Below the pieces are notes generated by a model. It was not told the DNA's origin, did not search any database, and saw only the letters and a program-made list of their open reading frames with translations. The translations under genes were made by a program, and so were the position numbers. DNA of 64,000 bases, from positions 186,001 to 250,000 of the forward strand of contig JAQGDQ010000184.1 in NCBI GenBank assembly GCA_030141605.1, read 5' to 3'. Shown here one piece after another: positions 63,577 through 64,000 of the stretch; the first letter of the stretch is position 1; every line of letters starts with the position of its first letter. Source of the DNA: Tubiluchus corallicola. Lineage: Eukaryota; Animalia; Priapulida.

Positions 63577-64000
63577 CTGAAAAATAAAACGAGTCAACTC
63601 AAACGTTAAGGATTGAGTTTAAATGGCAAATTCCTTTCAATTCAATTTATTAACTCCTCAAGCATTATCTAGTTATAAGCAATACATACAGTATGACTGA
63701 ATCAAATGAGAAAGGTAGCAAAGAACTCGTAGGTTATCTAGTTAGCCACCCATAAATAGCTAAGACTGAATAAAATTTATGTTGGCAATGTTGTCAATTT
63801 AAATTTATATTAGTATGACGTGCGTAATTGGCAATTAAATGACTTTGGTGGGGGAAAATTATCAATGCAAAGAATGCACCAAGATTAACGTAAAATTTAA
63901 AACTGAATTAACTGCAGGGTGTAAGCACTTAAAAATAGTAACAGATGCTCAACACCCTCAAGAGAAGCCAGTTACTAAACTCTAGCAAAGCAGTTCAAGA

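Overview
Eukaryotic, AT-rich, intron- and microsatellite-rich DNA from an invertebrate, probably a protostome (judged from the Ih-type HCN sequence and a fasciclin-3-like Ig domain). Three spliced genes can be reconstructed by hand. (1) The 5' half of an HCN/Ih hyperpolarization-activated channel on the minus strand, from the N-terminus through S1-S5 and the start of the pore loop; the remaining exons lie left of the window. (2) An apparently complete single-pass immunoglobulin-superfamily gene on the plus strand (43290-54998) with five Ig-like domains, the last two fasciclin-3-like. (3) The 3' part of an SLC22 organic cation/anion transporter on the minus strand (55805-63576). Introns hold decayed LINEs, several MITEs, microsatellites and telomere-like repeats. 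The most interesting signals are splicing-related. Two frame-preserving candidate cassette exons (54 and 75 nt) lie in the HCN S4-S5 linker, each followed by (U)GCAUG motifs. Two phase-compatible candidate first exons converge on a tandem CAG-CAG-CAG-TAG acceptor. A duplicated splice acceptor could make a secreted Ig isoform. There is also a degenerate hammerhead-ribozyme hairpin. I found no prokaryote-type system (CRISPR, operon). All gene models come from manual splice-site and phase reading, with no transcript evidence.
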